In this document: piece after piece, positions 27,323-37,172 of the stretch
How positions within the stretch are numbered: the stretch's first letter is position 1
Layout of the letters: each line of letters begins with the position of its first letter
Origin: Polaribacter sp.
Lineage (GTDB): Bacteria > Bacteroidota > Bacteroidia > Flavobacteriales > Flavobacteriaceae
Reading direction: 5' to 3'
Assembly (NCBI GenBank): GCA_965659055.1
Contig: CBFHUV010000001.1
Location: 2,715-66,714 of the forward strand
Length of the DNA: 64,000 nt
Translations under genes and position numbers: made by a program
The notes under the pieces: model-generated
Database searches by the model: none
Told to the model about the DNA's origin: nothing
Seen by the model: the letters and a program-made list of their open reading frames with translations, nothing else

Positions 27323-28899
27323 AGAAAATACAACAATTAGGTTTGATACTTTTTATAACTGGACTATCCTTCTTTATTGGGGTACTTTTTCTCAGCAAAG
27401 TAAACTTAAGCCAAAAACAACTAAATACCTTCATCGCTTCAAAAGGGATTAAAAGTGAATTGTTCATTTCTGAGGTTCAAAGCACCGTTGTTGGGAAAGA
27501 ATTCAGTTCTAGCTTTGCATTCTCATCGGCACTAAGAAAGGCATTGACCAAAGCAAATGAGTTACACAAAAAGCAAAGTGAATGGGATCTTGTTATTTGG
27601 GATAAACCACATAGTTTGTCTTTCGAATTAATTAAACAAGCAGCCTTAGGGCCTGTTAAAGAGAGGAAAGGCCTTTTTTGGCTCTTAACTTTTGGTTTAG
27701 GAATTCTTGGATCCTTACTCTATATTATCCCCTCTATTATTATTCTTGGCTCTCCAGGCATAAAGAACAATGGCGTTTTTCACAGCAGCGCAACCAATCG
27801 TGGATGGATAGGCTGGTTGGTTTTCGTTTTTTTAGTGAGTTTTTATATACTGCTTTATTTCTTCCCAGATTATATAGTTAACTGGACCTATTTAGTAGAC
27901 CCTATAAGTGAATCTTTAAGCGGGCATCCCGCAAGTCAATGGTTTTTATATGGATTCTTGTATTGTACAGTAATGACGGTCATGGCCGTAAGGATGTACA
28001 TTAAATACAGACATAATAAATATCAAATCTTGAGAACCACTTCGGTTTTGTTTTTTCAAATTGTCTTTGCTTTTTTAATTCCGGAAATTTTAGTGCGTTT
28101 TGAAAAACCATGGGTTGATTTTAAAAATGCATTTCCTCTAGATTATGATTTCTTTTTTAGCTGGAATTTAGACAGTCTCATTGCCAGTGGTGGCTTTGGG
28201 CTATTTGTTTTGGTTTGGGGAATCGTACTAACTTTGGTTATCGTCCCAGTTATGGTTTACTTTTTTGGTAAACGCTGGTACTGTTCATGGGTTTGCGGTT
28301 GTGGAGGTCTGGCAGAAACACTAGGTGACCCATACAGACAATTATCAGATAAATCATTGAAAGCATGGAAACTCGAACGCTGGTTAGTTCATGGAGTACT
28401 GGTTTTTGCGATTGTCATGACTGCTCTAGCCCTGTACACCTATTTTTCTGGAAAATCAGCCGTATTAGGATTGCAAACTCAAACCATTCAGGATATTTAT
28501 GGGTTTTTAATTGGATCTATATTTGCAGGTGTTATTGGAACTGGGTTCTACCCTATTTTTGGAAATCGAGTTTGGTGTCGTTTTGGTTGTCCTTTAGCGG
28601 CATATTTAGGCATCGTGCAACGTTTCAAATCTCGATTTAGAATTACGACCAATGGTGGACAATGTATTTCTTGCGGTAATTGCTCTACCTATTGTGAGCA
28701 AGGCATCGATGTAAGAGCCTACGCACAAAAAGGCGAAAATATTGTTCGCGCTAGTTGTGTTGGTTGCGGAATTTGTGCAGCGGTGTGTCCAAGAGGCGTT
28801 CTGAAATTAGAAAACGGACCGGAAAAAGGCCGAATTAATCCAACTGAAATTTTGCTAGGGAATGATGTGGACCTGATGGAATTACTAAACAATAAATAA
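27319..28899 (+). CDS. polytopic membrane 4Fe-4S polyferredoxin (NapH/CcoG-like)
   Basis: 526 aa with multiple TMs. Motifs CSWVCGCG and WCRFGCP, plus a C-terminal 2x[4Fe-4S] domain CISCGNCSTYC / CVGCGICAAVCP. Its ATG overlaps the upstream stop (ATGA). Confidence 0.75.
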   Translation: MKKIQQLGLILFITGLSFFIGVLFLSKVNLSQKQLNTFIASKGIKSELFISEVQSTVVGKEFSSSFAFSSALRKALTKANELHKKQSEWDLVIWDKPHSLSFELIKQAALGPVKERKGLFWLLTFGLGILGSLLYIIPSIIILGSPGIKNNGVFHSSATNRGWIGWLVFVFLVSFYILLYFFPDYIVNWTYLVDPISESLSGHPASQWFLYGFLYCTVMTVMAVRMYIKYRHNKYQILRTTSVLFFQIVFAFLIPEILVRFEKPWVDFKNAFPLDYDFFFSWNLDSLIASGGFGLFVLVWGIVLTLVIVPVMVYFFGKRWYCSWVCGCGGLAETLGDPYRQLSDKSLKAWKLERWLVHGVLVFAIVMTALALYTYFSGKSAVLGLQTQTIQDIYGFLIGSIFAGVIGTGFYPIFGNRVWCRFGCPLAAYLGIVQRFKSRFRITTNGGQCISCGNCSTYCEQGIDVRAYAQKGENIVRASCVGCGICAAVCPRGVLKLENGPEKGRINPTEILLGNDVDLMELLNNK

Positions 28900-28977
28900 A
28901 TCTATATTCTTACAATTTCATTTTAATTGCATTTTAAATCACTCCTACTTTAGCCTTAATTCCAGCAAAGTATTTGG

Positions 28978-28985
28978 TATTTTTG
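28978..28985 (+). promoter_or_regulatory. -7 promoter box TATTTTTG for the GT2/GT2/GT-C operon
   Basis: Exact TAnnTTTG match 38 nt upstream of the ATG at 29023. Confidence 0.5.
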
Positions 28986-29022
28986 CAATTAATAAATTAG
29001 CACAAAAACAGTCCATTTTCTC

Positions 29023-29715
29023 ATGAATCCTAGAATAAAAGTTATCATTCCCGCTTACAATGAAGAAGCTTCTATCGCGAAAGTCATCAAAGACATTCCG
29101 CTTAGTGTTCAAGAGGTGATTGTGGTAAGTAACAATTCTACAGATGCAACAGAACAGCAGGCTAAAAATGCAGGAGCTACTATCTTAACCGAATCTAGAA
29201 AAGGATATGGATATGCCTGTTTAAAAGGGATGGATTATATTGCCGGACAAAATGAAAAGCCAGACATCATTGTGTTTTTAGATGGCGATTATTCTGATTA
29301 TCCCGAACAACTTGAAGAACTCGTTACTCCTATTGTCAATAATGAGGTTGATTTTGTTATTAGTACTCGAGTGAAATCACTAAGAGAAACAGGGTCTATG
29401 ACACCTCAACAAATTTTTGGAAATTGGTTGGCTACCTTTTTAATGAACATACTATTTGGAGCAAAATTTACCGATTTAGGGCCTTTTAGAGCAATTACCT
29501 ATGAGACCTTGTTAGGTCTTCAAATGGAGGATAAAACCTATGGATGGACTGTAGAAATGCAATTGAAAATACTTAAACAAAAGGTTAGTTATATGGAAAT
29601 CCCTGTGAAATATCGAAATAGAATTGGGGTTTCAAAAGTATCAGGAACTGTGAGAGGAAGTATAATGGCCGGAGTTAAAATATTAGGTTGGATCTTTAAA
29701 TACAGTTTTAAATAA
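29023..29715 (+). CDS. family 2 glycosyltransferase (polyprenyl-phosphate sugar synthase-like)
   Basis: 230 aa, soluble. Motifs IIPAYNEE and FLDGDYSD (DxD). Confidence 0.75.
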   Translation: MNPRIKVIIPAYNEEASIAKVIKDIPLSVQEVIVVSNNSTDATEQQAKNAGATILTESRKGYGYACLKGMDYIAGQNEKPDIIVFLDGDYSDYPEQLEELVTPIVNNEVDFVISTRVKSLRETGSMTPQQIFGNWLATFLMNILFGAKFTDLGPFRAITYETLLGLQMEDKTYGWTVEMQLKILKQKVSYMEIPVKYRNRIGVSKVSGTVRGSIMAGVKILGWIFKYSFK

Positions 29716-31205
29716 TGGTTATTTCTAGCATCATTATCGTCATTTATTCGATCGCTCTTTTGCTCATTTTTATTTTTGCTTTGGCGCAATTAAACTTGTT
29801 GTTTAATTATATGGCTGTTTCCGAAAAAGAAGCGGTTTCTAAACGCGTCAATATCCAAACTCCTTCTAATTTACCAAAAGTTACCATCCAATTACCAGTT
29901 TATAATGAACTCTATGTAATGGAGCGCTTGCTAAACAATATTGTGCAATTAAAATATCCCAAGGAACTATTAGAAATACAGGTCTTAGATGACTCTACTG
30001 ATGAGTCTATAATTAGCACTTCACAGCAAATTACAGCACTACAAAAACAGGGTTTTGATATTAAACACCTGCAAAGAATAAATCGATCAGGCTTTAAAGC
30101 TGGCGCACTTAAAGCAGGTTTGGAGAATGCCTCTGGTGATTTTATCGCTGTTTTCGATGCTGATTTTTTACCAGAAGAAAATTGGTTACTTCAAAGCATC
30201 CCTTATTTTGATGACCCTGCTATTGGGGTGGTGCAAACTCGTTGGGGACATTTAAACAGAGAATATTCTCTGCTTACTCGTATCCAAGCCTTTGCCTTGG
30301 ATGCGCATTTCACCTTAGAGCAAGTTGGTAGAAATAGTAAGGGGCATTTTATAAACTTTAATGGGACTGCCGGAATTTGGAGAAAAACCTGTATTTATGA
30401 TGCAGGAAATTGGGAAGGTGATACCCTAACAGAAGACCTTGATTTAAGTTATAGAGCACAACTGAAAGGTTGGAAATTTAAATATTTAGAGGAGGTAGTT
30501 GCTCCAGCAGAATTGCCTATCGTTATCAGTGCAGCACGGTCACAACAATTTCGATGGAACAAAGGAGGTGCAGAAAATTTTCAAAAATTGGCTTTTCGCT
30601 TAGTTAAGGATTCTAAATTCTCTTTAAAAACAAAAGCACATGGTTTGTTGCACCTACTTAACAGTACTATGTTTTTAAACGTTTTGATCGTTGCAATACT
30701 AAGCATTCCCATGCTTTACATTAAAAATGAATATGCGCATTTAAAAAACTATTTTTATATGATGAGCTTTTTTGTGATTAGCTCTGTCATTTTTTTCATT
30801 TGTTATTGGTACATGTTTAAAAACACCTATGGTGGTGGTTTTAAAAGTTTTTTAAAATATATTGCTTCATTCTTTTTATTCTTTTCGATTGCCATGGGGT
30901 TTTCATTACACAATTCATTGGCCGTACTTGAAGGTCATTTTAGAATTAAAAGCGATTTTATTCGAACCCCTAAATTTAACTTAACTGAGCAGAAAGACTC
31001 GTGGAAAAACAATAAGTATCTGACTAAAAACCTAGGTGGGTCTGTTATTTTAGAAGGGCTTTTAATGTTGTATTTTCTTTTTGGACTCTATGCTGCCTTT
31101 GTCGTTGGTGACAAAGGCGGGGATTTTGGCCTGTTCCCATTTCATCTGATGCTTGTTTTTGGGTTTGGATATGTTTTTTTTAGTTCAATTTTCTCAAAAT
31201 CATGA
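29715..31205 (+). CDS. membrane-embedded processive family 2 glycosyltransferase (cellulose/mannan synthase-like)
   Basis: 496 aa. Motifs LDDSTD, FDADF, TEDLDLS and QQFRWNKG (QxxRW), plus an N-terminal TM and several C-terminal TMs. Confidence 0.8.
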   Translation: MVISSIIIVIYSIALLLIFIFALAQLNLLFNYMAVSEKEAVSKRVNIQTPSNLPKVTIQLPVYNELYVMERLLNNIVQLKYPKELLEIQVLDDSTDESIISTSQQITALQKQGFDIKHLQRINRSGFKAGALKAGLENASGDFIAVFDADFLPEENWLLQSIPYFDDPAIGVVQTRWGHLNREYSLLTRIQAFALDAHFTLEQVGRNSKGHFINFNGTAGIWRKTCIYDAGNWEGDTLTEDLDLSYRAQLKGWKFKYLEEVVAPAELPIVISAARSQQFRWNKGGAENFQKLAFRLVKDSKFSLKTKAHGLLHLLNSTMFLNVLIVAILSIPMLYIKNEYAHLKNYFYMMSFFVISSVIFFICYWYMFKNTYGGGFKSFLKYIASFFLFFSIAMGFSLHNSLAVLEGHFRIKSDFIRTPKFNLTEQKDSWKNNKYLTKNLGGSVILEGLLMLYFLFGLYAAFVVGDKGGDFGLFPFHLMLVFGFGYVFFSSIFSKS

Positions 31206-32575
31206 TCCTCTTATTTGAAAAATATAGAAGCTGGTCCCTAATAATTATGAGCTGCTTGCTCTATGTTTATTTTGGATATTTTCTGGATAGAACAGAATTT
31301 TACACCCTTCTAATACTGTGGATTTCTCTTTTTACCTGTTATGTGTATTTGCTTAGAGATAAACCCCACTCCTTCAGCAAATGGGTGGGAATTTTTATCC
31401 TTTTTCGAATGGTCTTGCTGATGGCAACTCCCAACTTATCACAAGATTTTTATCGATTTATTTGGGATGGTCGTTTGCTTTTTGAAGGGTTGAATCCATA
31501 TCTGACAAACCCAAAAGATTTTATAAATAATTCTGTATCTGTAATTACTCAATCTAAAGAGCTTATTGAAGGGATGGGATCTTTGAGTGCAGGAAATTAC
31601 ACCAACTATCCGCCATTGCATCAAGCAGCCTTCTGGTTAGCCGCTGTTTTTGGGCAAGACAGCATACTTGGTTCTGTTATTGTTATGAGGATACTCATTA
31701 TACTTGCAGATATTGGAATTCTATTTATTGGACGGAAGCTTTTAGCAATTGTAAAGCTACCGAAAGATTTGATTTTTTGGTATCTTTTAAATCCATTCAT
31801 CATTTTAGAATATACCGGGAATCTGCATTTTGAACCATTAATGTTATTCTTTTTATTAACGAGCATCAATTTGCTGTTTTTGAATAAATGGATTTGGTCA
31901 TCACTAGTTATGGCTTGCGCAGTTTCAGTAAAACTAATCCCTTTATTATTTATCCCTTTGCTTTTTCAATGGTTCGTAAAAGAGCCTCTTAACAGAAAAA
32001 AATGTCTTTTGGGCCTTAGCAAGTTGTTTGCGTATTCCGTTCTTGTGCTTGCGGTAAACGCAGTACTTTTTGCTCCTTTTTTTTCATTTACCATGCTTCA
32101 AAATTATAGCGAATCGGTAGGTCTATGGTTTGGTGTGTTTGAATTTAATGCAAGTTTTTATTATCTATTTAGAGAAATTGGCTATTGGTTTCGAGGCTAT
32201 AATGAAATAGCAATAATTGGTAAGATACTATCCGTATTAAGTATCGCTTTTATTCTTATGATTAGCTTTTTTCGAAAAAACAGTAGTCCAAAGCAATTGC
32301 TTACTGCCTTATTATTTGCCATATCCTTTTACTATTTTATGAGTACCACAGTGCATCCTTGGTATATCGGCACCTTGGTTCTATTGGCTATTTTCACCAA
32401 GTATCGCTTTCCGTTTGTTTGGAGTTTTGTTTTAGTATTCAGTTATGCTAGCTATGGTGCAAACACATTCCATGATAACCCTTGGTGGCTGCTTTTAGAA
32501 TATGTGTTGGTCTATGGGACGCTAAGCTATGAAATCTTTATAAAAAAGAGTAAAAGCGATCAACTGACCGCCTAG
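31202..32575 (+). CDS. polytopic membrane protein, GT-C-fold (GT87/DUF2029-like) glycosyltransferase candidate
   Basis: 457 aa with about 10 or more hydrophobic segments. Overlaps the upstream stop (ATGA). Family assignment is by general resemblance only. Confidence 0.5.
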   Translation: MILLFEKYRSWSLIIMSCLLYVYFGYFLDRTEFYTLLILWISLFTCYVYLLRDKPHSFSKWVGIFILFRMVLLMATPNLSQDFYRFIWDGRLLFEGLNPYLTNPKDFINNSVSVITQSKELIEGMGSLSAGNYTNYPPLHQAAFWLAAVFGQDSILGSVIVMRILIILADIGILFIGRKLLAIVKLPKDLIFWYLLNPFIILEYTGNLHFEPLMLFFLLTSINLLFLNKWIWSSLVMACAVSVKLIPLLFIPLLFQWFVKEPLNRKKCLLGLSKLFAYSVLVLAVNAVLFAPFFSFTMLQNYSESVGLWFGVFEFNASFYYLFREIGYWFRGYNEIAIIGKILSVLSIAFILMISFFRKNSSPKQLLTALLFAISFYYFMSTTVHPWYIGTLVLLAIFTKYRFPFVWSFVLVFSYASYGANTFHDNPWWLLLEYVLVYGTLSYEIFIKKSKSDQLTA

Positions 32576-32639
32576 AATTCTTTTTAGATGTCTCAATGCC
32601 ATGTATATTTTTTGTACTTTAGAGACTTAATTCTTTTTC

Positions 32640-33662
32640 ATGAAAAAACTAACTATAAAAGACATTGCAAACCATTTTAGTGTTTCGATTTCTACTGTTT
32701 CTAAGGCCTTAAATGACAGCTACGAAATAAGTAAAAGCACGAAACAAAAAATACAAGAATATGCAAAAGTGCATAATTACAAACCGAACTTTAATGCGCT
32801 AAGTTTAAAAAAAAGAAAGACAAAAACTATTGGCGTGATTATCCCAAACATGCTCAATTATTTTTTCGCACAAGTCTTTAAAGGTGTCGAAAAAGAAGCC
32901 AATAAAAATGGATATAAGGTAATTACCTGCATCTCTAATGAATCTTTTGATAAAGAAGTAGAGACCATTGAAATGCTCTCTAATGGAAGTATTGATGGCT
33001 TTTTATTGTCCATTGCGGAAGAAACTGAATTGAAAAACAATTTTACCCATCTAACAAAAACTATAGAACATGCTTTACCCATTGTAATGTTTGACCGTGT
33101 CGCTCAAGGAGTAGACTGTGACAAAGTGATCACCAATGATTCTGAAGGAGCCGTCAATGCTGTTGCGCATCTTGCTAAAACCGGCTGCAAACATATTGCG
33201 TTTATATCGACTCAAAGTCATTTAAAAAGCGGACAAGAACGTGAACTGGGGTATATTGAAGGGTTGAAAAAAGAAAAGATGCAAGTCAATCCCAATTTGG
33301 TTATCCATATACTTGAAGAGGACTACAAACAATACGAACGTATTTTATTACCCTATTTTGAAGAAAATAAGATTGATAGTGTCATCACTACAGATGAATC
33401 TTCTGCCATTGCCGCTATGAAAATTGCCCAAAGTAAAGGACATCATGTGCCCAAAGATTTTTCTGTCATCTCATTTTCTAATGGCATTATTGCAAGACAC
33501 TCTAGTCCTAAATTAACTACGGTGAGTCAGCATGGTGAAATTATGGGGGAAACCGCCACTAAAATGTTAATTGATAAAATTGAAAAGAAGCAAGGCTATG
33601 AAGAAATTAAAACCAAGATTATTAAAACTGATTTGGTTTTTAGAAATTCAACTAAAATTTAA
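32640..33662 (+). CDS. LacI-family transcriptional regulator
   Basis: 340 aa with N-terminal HTH TIKDIANHFSVSISTVSKALN and a periplasmic-binding-protein-like core. Confidence 0.9.
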   Translation: MKKLTIKDIANHFSVSISTVSKALNDSYEISKSTKQKIQEYAKVHNYKPNFNALSLKKRKTKTIGVIIPNMLNYFFAQVFKGVEKEANKNGYKVITCISNESFDKEVETIEMLSNGSIDGFLLSIAEETELKNNFTHLTKTIEHALPIVMFDRVAQGVDCDKVITNDSEGAVNAVAHLAKTGCKHIAFISTQSHLKSGQERELGYIEGLKKEKMQVNPNLVIHILEEDYKQYERILLPYFEENKIDSVITTDESSAIAAMKIAQSKGHHVPKDFSVISFSNGIIARHSSPKLTTVSQHGEIMGETATKMLIDKIEKKQGYEEIKTKIIKTDLVFRNSTKI

Positions 33663-33672
33663 AACAATTCTG

Positions 33673-34476
33673 TTAAACAGTTTCCAAAAGGCGTAGCTGA
33701 ACCACCAAACCCTCATTAGCTCTTACATTAAAGACAGTTTCGTCTTCAAAGATTAAATACTGGCCCTTAATCCCGACCAACTTTCCTTGAAAATTATGTT
33801 CCTTAACTAAATTCAAGCTTTTTGGTTTTTTAGGATATTGATCCACAGGAAAATGCAAAGCTGTTTCGCCTTGGTTTTCTAAATAATATGGAAGCACCTC
33901 AGTAGGAATATGCTTCTTTAACTTATCCCTCCACTCAAGTAAGTCTGCATCCTCAATCTCATTCTTTAACATCGTTCTCCAATTGGTTTTATCGGCAACA
34001 AACTCTTTTAAAACTACTTCGCAAATTCCTGCCAAATAACGATTGGGAACTTCTACAATTTCTAAAGCTTCATGCGCCCCTTGATCAATCCATCGGGTGG
34101 GTATTTGACTTTTTCTAGTAACTCCTACTTTTACATTGCTGGAGTTTGCTAAATAAACAATATGTGGCTGTAATTGAACAGATTTTTCATAGTCCAAGTC
34201 ACGATCTTCTAAATTTAAGTGTGCTTTGCTTAATTCGGGCCTCATAATCCAATCTCCTGCACATGGAATATCGAAGAAACAAGACTTACAGAAGCCTTGT
34301 CTAAAGATTTCTTTGTTCAATCCACAAGACAAACACTCGTAGTTCAAAAAAGTTAATTCAAGTTTCTTTTGCAATAACTGATTCATATTTAGGAAGTCAG
34401 AGTTCAATTCTAAATAGTATTGAACCGTTTCCAAATTTTCAGTTGGCATTTTTTTTAAAACTCCTTGATAAATCAT
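33673..34476 (-). CDS. DUF2797-like protein with zinc-ribbon-type Cys pairs
   Basis: 267 aa with CLSCG ... CKSCFF. Divergent from the GH3-like gene. Confidence 0.6.
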   Translation of the reverse strand: MIYQGVLKKMPTENLETVQYYLELNSDFLNMNQLLQKKLELTFLNYECLSCGLNKEIFRQGFCKSCFFDIPCAGDWIMRPELSKAHLNLEDRDLDYEKSVQLQPHIVYLANSSNVKVGVTRKSQIPTRWIDQGAHEALEIVEVPNRYLAGICEVVLKEFVADKTNWRTMLKNEIEDADLLEWRDKLKKHIPTEVLPYYLENQGETALHFPVDQYPKKPKSLNLVKEHNFQGKLVGIKGQYLIFEDETVFNVRANEGLVVQLRLLETV

Positions 34477-34588
34477 AAAAAAGATTTTAGTATTTTTAAC
34501 ATTTACGCAGCGTATTGAAACAAACTTACTTTAAATATCTAAGTTTAAAAAACTTTACCCTGATAACTTTAAACCTCAAAAAACAAGA

Positions 34589-36106
34589 ATGCCGATTACC
34601 ATAGTCAACTCTATTATTTCTTGGTTTTTAAAGAAGCGAAAGCATCAAATTGAGCTTTTCTTAAAGTATCCTGAAGATGTACAACAAGAATTGCTGTTTA
34701 AACTGATTAGTACCGCAAAAAACACTGAATTTGGAAAAGAATACGAGTTTGGAACTCTGAAAACCTATGAGGACTTTGCTAAACAAGTACCGATTCAAAA
34801 ATACGAAACCTTTGAACCACTTATTGAACGCTGTAGACGAGGTGAACAAAATTTATTTTGGCCTAGCACCATTCGATGGTTTGCAAAATCAAGCGGAACC
34901 ACAAACGCAAAGAGTAAATTTATCCCTGTAAGTGATGAGGCTTTAGAATATTGCCATCTTAAGGCTGGGAAAGACATGCTCTGCCTCTATATTAATAATA
35001 ACGAAAACACGCAGTTGTTTACTGGGAAAGGGCTTCGTTTAGGAGGAAGCTCAGCCATACACGAAGACAATAATTCTTATTTCGGGGACCTTTCTGCAAT
35101 CATCATAGAAAACATGCCTTTTTGGGCGGATTTTAGTTCGGCTCCTCGGCAAGAAACTGCTTTGATGAGTGAATGGGAAACTAAGATGGAAGCAATTATT
35201 GATGAAACCATCCAAGAAAACATTACAAGTTTGGTAGGAGTTCCATCCTGGATGTTGGTTTTGCTAAATCGAGTTTTAGAAAAAACCGGCAAAAGCAATA
35301 TCTTAGAGGTTTGGCCAAATTTAGAGGTTTATTTTCACGGTGGCGTTAACTTTAATCCCTACAGAGAACAATATAAAAAATTAATTCCTAGGCGTGATTT
35401 TAAGTATTATGAAACCTACAACGCCTCAGAAGGATTTTTTGCCATCCAAGACAGAAACGGCTCCAAAGAATTATTACTCATGTTGGACTATGGAATTTTC
35501 TATGAATTTATTCCAATGACAAAATACGATGGTGAAAACTCTACTGCTATTCCACTATCTAAAGTTAGAACTGGGGTAAACTATGCAGTAGTCATCACCA
35601 CAAATGGAGGTCTATGGCGCTATCTAATTGGCGATACAGTTAAGTTCACCTCTTTACACCCGTACCGCATCAAAATAACAGGACGGACCAAACATTTTAT
35701 CAATGTTTTTGGCGAAGAGCTTATTATAGAAAACACAGAAGAAGCCTTGCGATTGGCCTGTGAAAAAACAGATGCCACTATTACGGACTATACGGTAGCC
35801 CCAATTTTCATGAAAGGTAAAAATAGTGGTGGACATGAATGGATTATTGAGTTTGCTAAAAAACCAGCCAATATAGATTACTTTAAAGAGGTGTTGGACA
35901 ATGCTTTAAAATCTATCAATTCTGATTACGAAGCTAAACGTTATAACAATATGACTTTAGAAATACCCATCATTCATATGGCGAAAAACGGGCTGTTTTA
36001 TAGTTGGTTAAAACAAAAAGGAAAGTTAGGAGGACAACACAAAGTCCCTCGTTTGTCTAATAATCGCAATTTTATTGAGGAATTGCTAAAGTTGCAGAAT
36101 AACTAA
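34589..36106 (+). CDS. GH3 (auxin-responsive promoter) family adenylating enzyme homolog
   Basis: 505 aa. Family-typical stretches FAKSSGTT and YNASEGFFA. Confidence 0.75.
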   Translation: MPITIVNSIISWFLKKRKHQIELFLKYPEDVQQELLFKLISTAKNTEFGKEYEFGTLKTYEDFAKQVPIQKYETFEPLIERCRRGEQNLFWPSTIRWFAKSSGTTNAKSKFIPVSDEALEYCHLKAGKDMLCLYINNNENTQLFTGKGLRLGGSSAIHEDNNSYFGDLSAIIIENMPFWADFSSAPRQETALMSEWETKMEAIIDETIQENITSLVGVPSWMLVLLNRVLEKTGKSNILEVWPNLEVYFHGGVNFNPYREQYKKLIPRRDFKYYETYNASEGFFAIQDRNGSKELLLMLDYGIFYEFIPMTKYDGENSTAIPLSKVRTGVNYAVVITTNGGLWRYLIGDTVKFTSLHPYRIKITGRTKHFINVFGEELIIENTEEALRLACEKTDATITDYTVAPIFMKGKNSGGHEWIIEFAKKPANIDYFKEVLDNALKSINSDYEAKRYNNMTLEIPIIHMAKNGLFYSWLKQKGKLGGQHKVPRLSNNRNFIEELLKLQNN

Positions 36107-37080
36107 ACTTTTCGTTCTACCACGTAATCAATCATCTTTAATAAAGAATCTTTATAGGGTGAAGTGGGGTAATATTCAAGTATGGATAGAGCTTTGTTCT
36201 TGTAATTGGTCATTTTTTGAATAGTATATTCAATACCTCCATGATTTTTAACAAAAGAGATGACTTCCTTCACTCTCTTTTTGTCTTTGTTGTGCTTTTT
36301 CACGGAGTTTATCAACCATTTTTTGTCCTTATCAGAACAGGTATTTAAGGTGTAAATTAAAGGCAAGGTCATTTTCCTTTCTTTTATATCGATTCCTGTA
36401 GGTTTCCCTATTTTATCTTCGGTATAATCAAACAAATCATCTTTAATTTGAAAAGCAATACCAATATATTCTCCAAATTTTCGCATCTGCTGCACCGTAT
36501 CTTGATTGGCACCTACTGAGGCTGCTCCAATACCACAACAGGCAGCAATTAAAGTGGCTGTTTTTTGACGAATAATCTCAAAATACAGCTCTTCGGTAAT
36601 GTCTAGATTTCTGGCTTTTTCTATTTGTAGTAATTCCCCTTCACTCATTTCTCGAACGGCAATAGAGATCAATTTAAGCAGATCAAAATCTTCGTTATCA
36701 ATAGACAACAAGAGCCCTTTCGAGAGTAAAAAATCACCTACTAAAACTGCAATTTTATTCTTCCAGAGCGCATTCACAGAAAAGAAACCTCTACGCCTAT
36801 TGCTATCATCCACCACATCATCGTGTACCAAAGTGGCTGTATGAATCAATTCTACAACAGAAGCTCCTCGATAGGTGCGTTCATCAAAGCCTCCATCTGA
36901 AACCATTTTAGCCACTAAAAAAATAAACATCGGACGCATTTGCTTTCCTTTTCTCCGAACTATATAATAGGTAATTCTATTAAGCAGAGGCACCTTAGTA
37001 AGCATCGAAGCCTTGAACTTTTCTTCGAAAAGTTCCATTTCATTTTTTATAGGAAGTTGTATCAGTTCTACATCTTTCAT
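36103..37080 (-). CDS. polyprenyl diphosphate synthase (trans-IPPS, IspB-like)
   Basis: 325 aa with DDxxD motifs HDDVVDDS and IKDDLFD. Confidence 0.85.
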   Translation of the reverse strand: MKDVELIQLPIKNEMELFEEKFKASMLTKVPLLNRITYYIVRRKGKQMRPMFIFLVAKMVSDGGFDERTYRGASVVELIHTATLVHDDVVDDSNRRRGFFSVNALWKNKIAVLVGDFLLSKGLLLSIDNEDFDLLKLISIAVREMSEGELLQIEKARNLDITEELYFEIIRQKTATLIAACCGIGAASVGANQDTVQQMRKFGEYIGIAFQIKDDLFDYTEDKIGKPTGIDIKERKMTLPLIYTLNTCSDKDKKWLINSVKKHNKDKKRVKEVISFVKNHGGIEYTIQKMTNYKNKALSILEYYPTSPYKDSLLKMIDYVVERKV

Positions 37081-37109
37081 AAGGCCGGATTGGAGTTGTA
37101 ATTGTTTAT

Positions 37110-37117
37110 CAAAAATA
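37110..37117 (-). promoter_or_regulatory. -7 promoter box (TATTTTTG on gene strand) for the polyprenyl synthase gene
   Basis: caaaaata on the + strand, 30 nt upstream of the ATG at 37080. Confidence 0.5.
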
Positions 37118-37172
37118 ATAAATTAATATGGAATCCGTCAGCTTCAATACTGATTAGTCCACCAAAGATTTT

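Noticed and set aside
32576-32639. Possible LacI operator in the leader of the LacI-family gene (gtctc ... gagac, repeated aattcttttt).
   Set aside because: There is only a 5-bp inverted repeat with a long spacer. Nothing resembles the usual 14-20 bp LacI-family palindrome.
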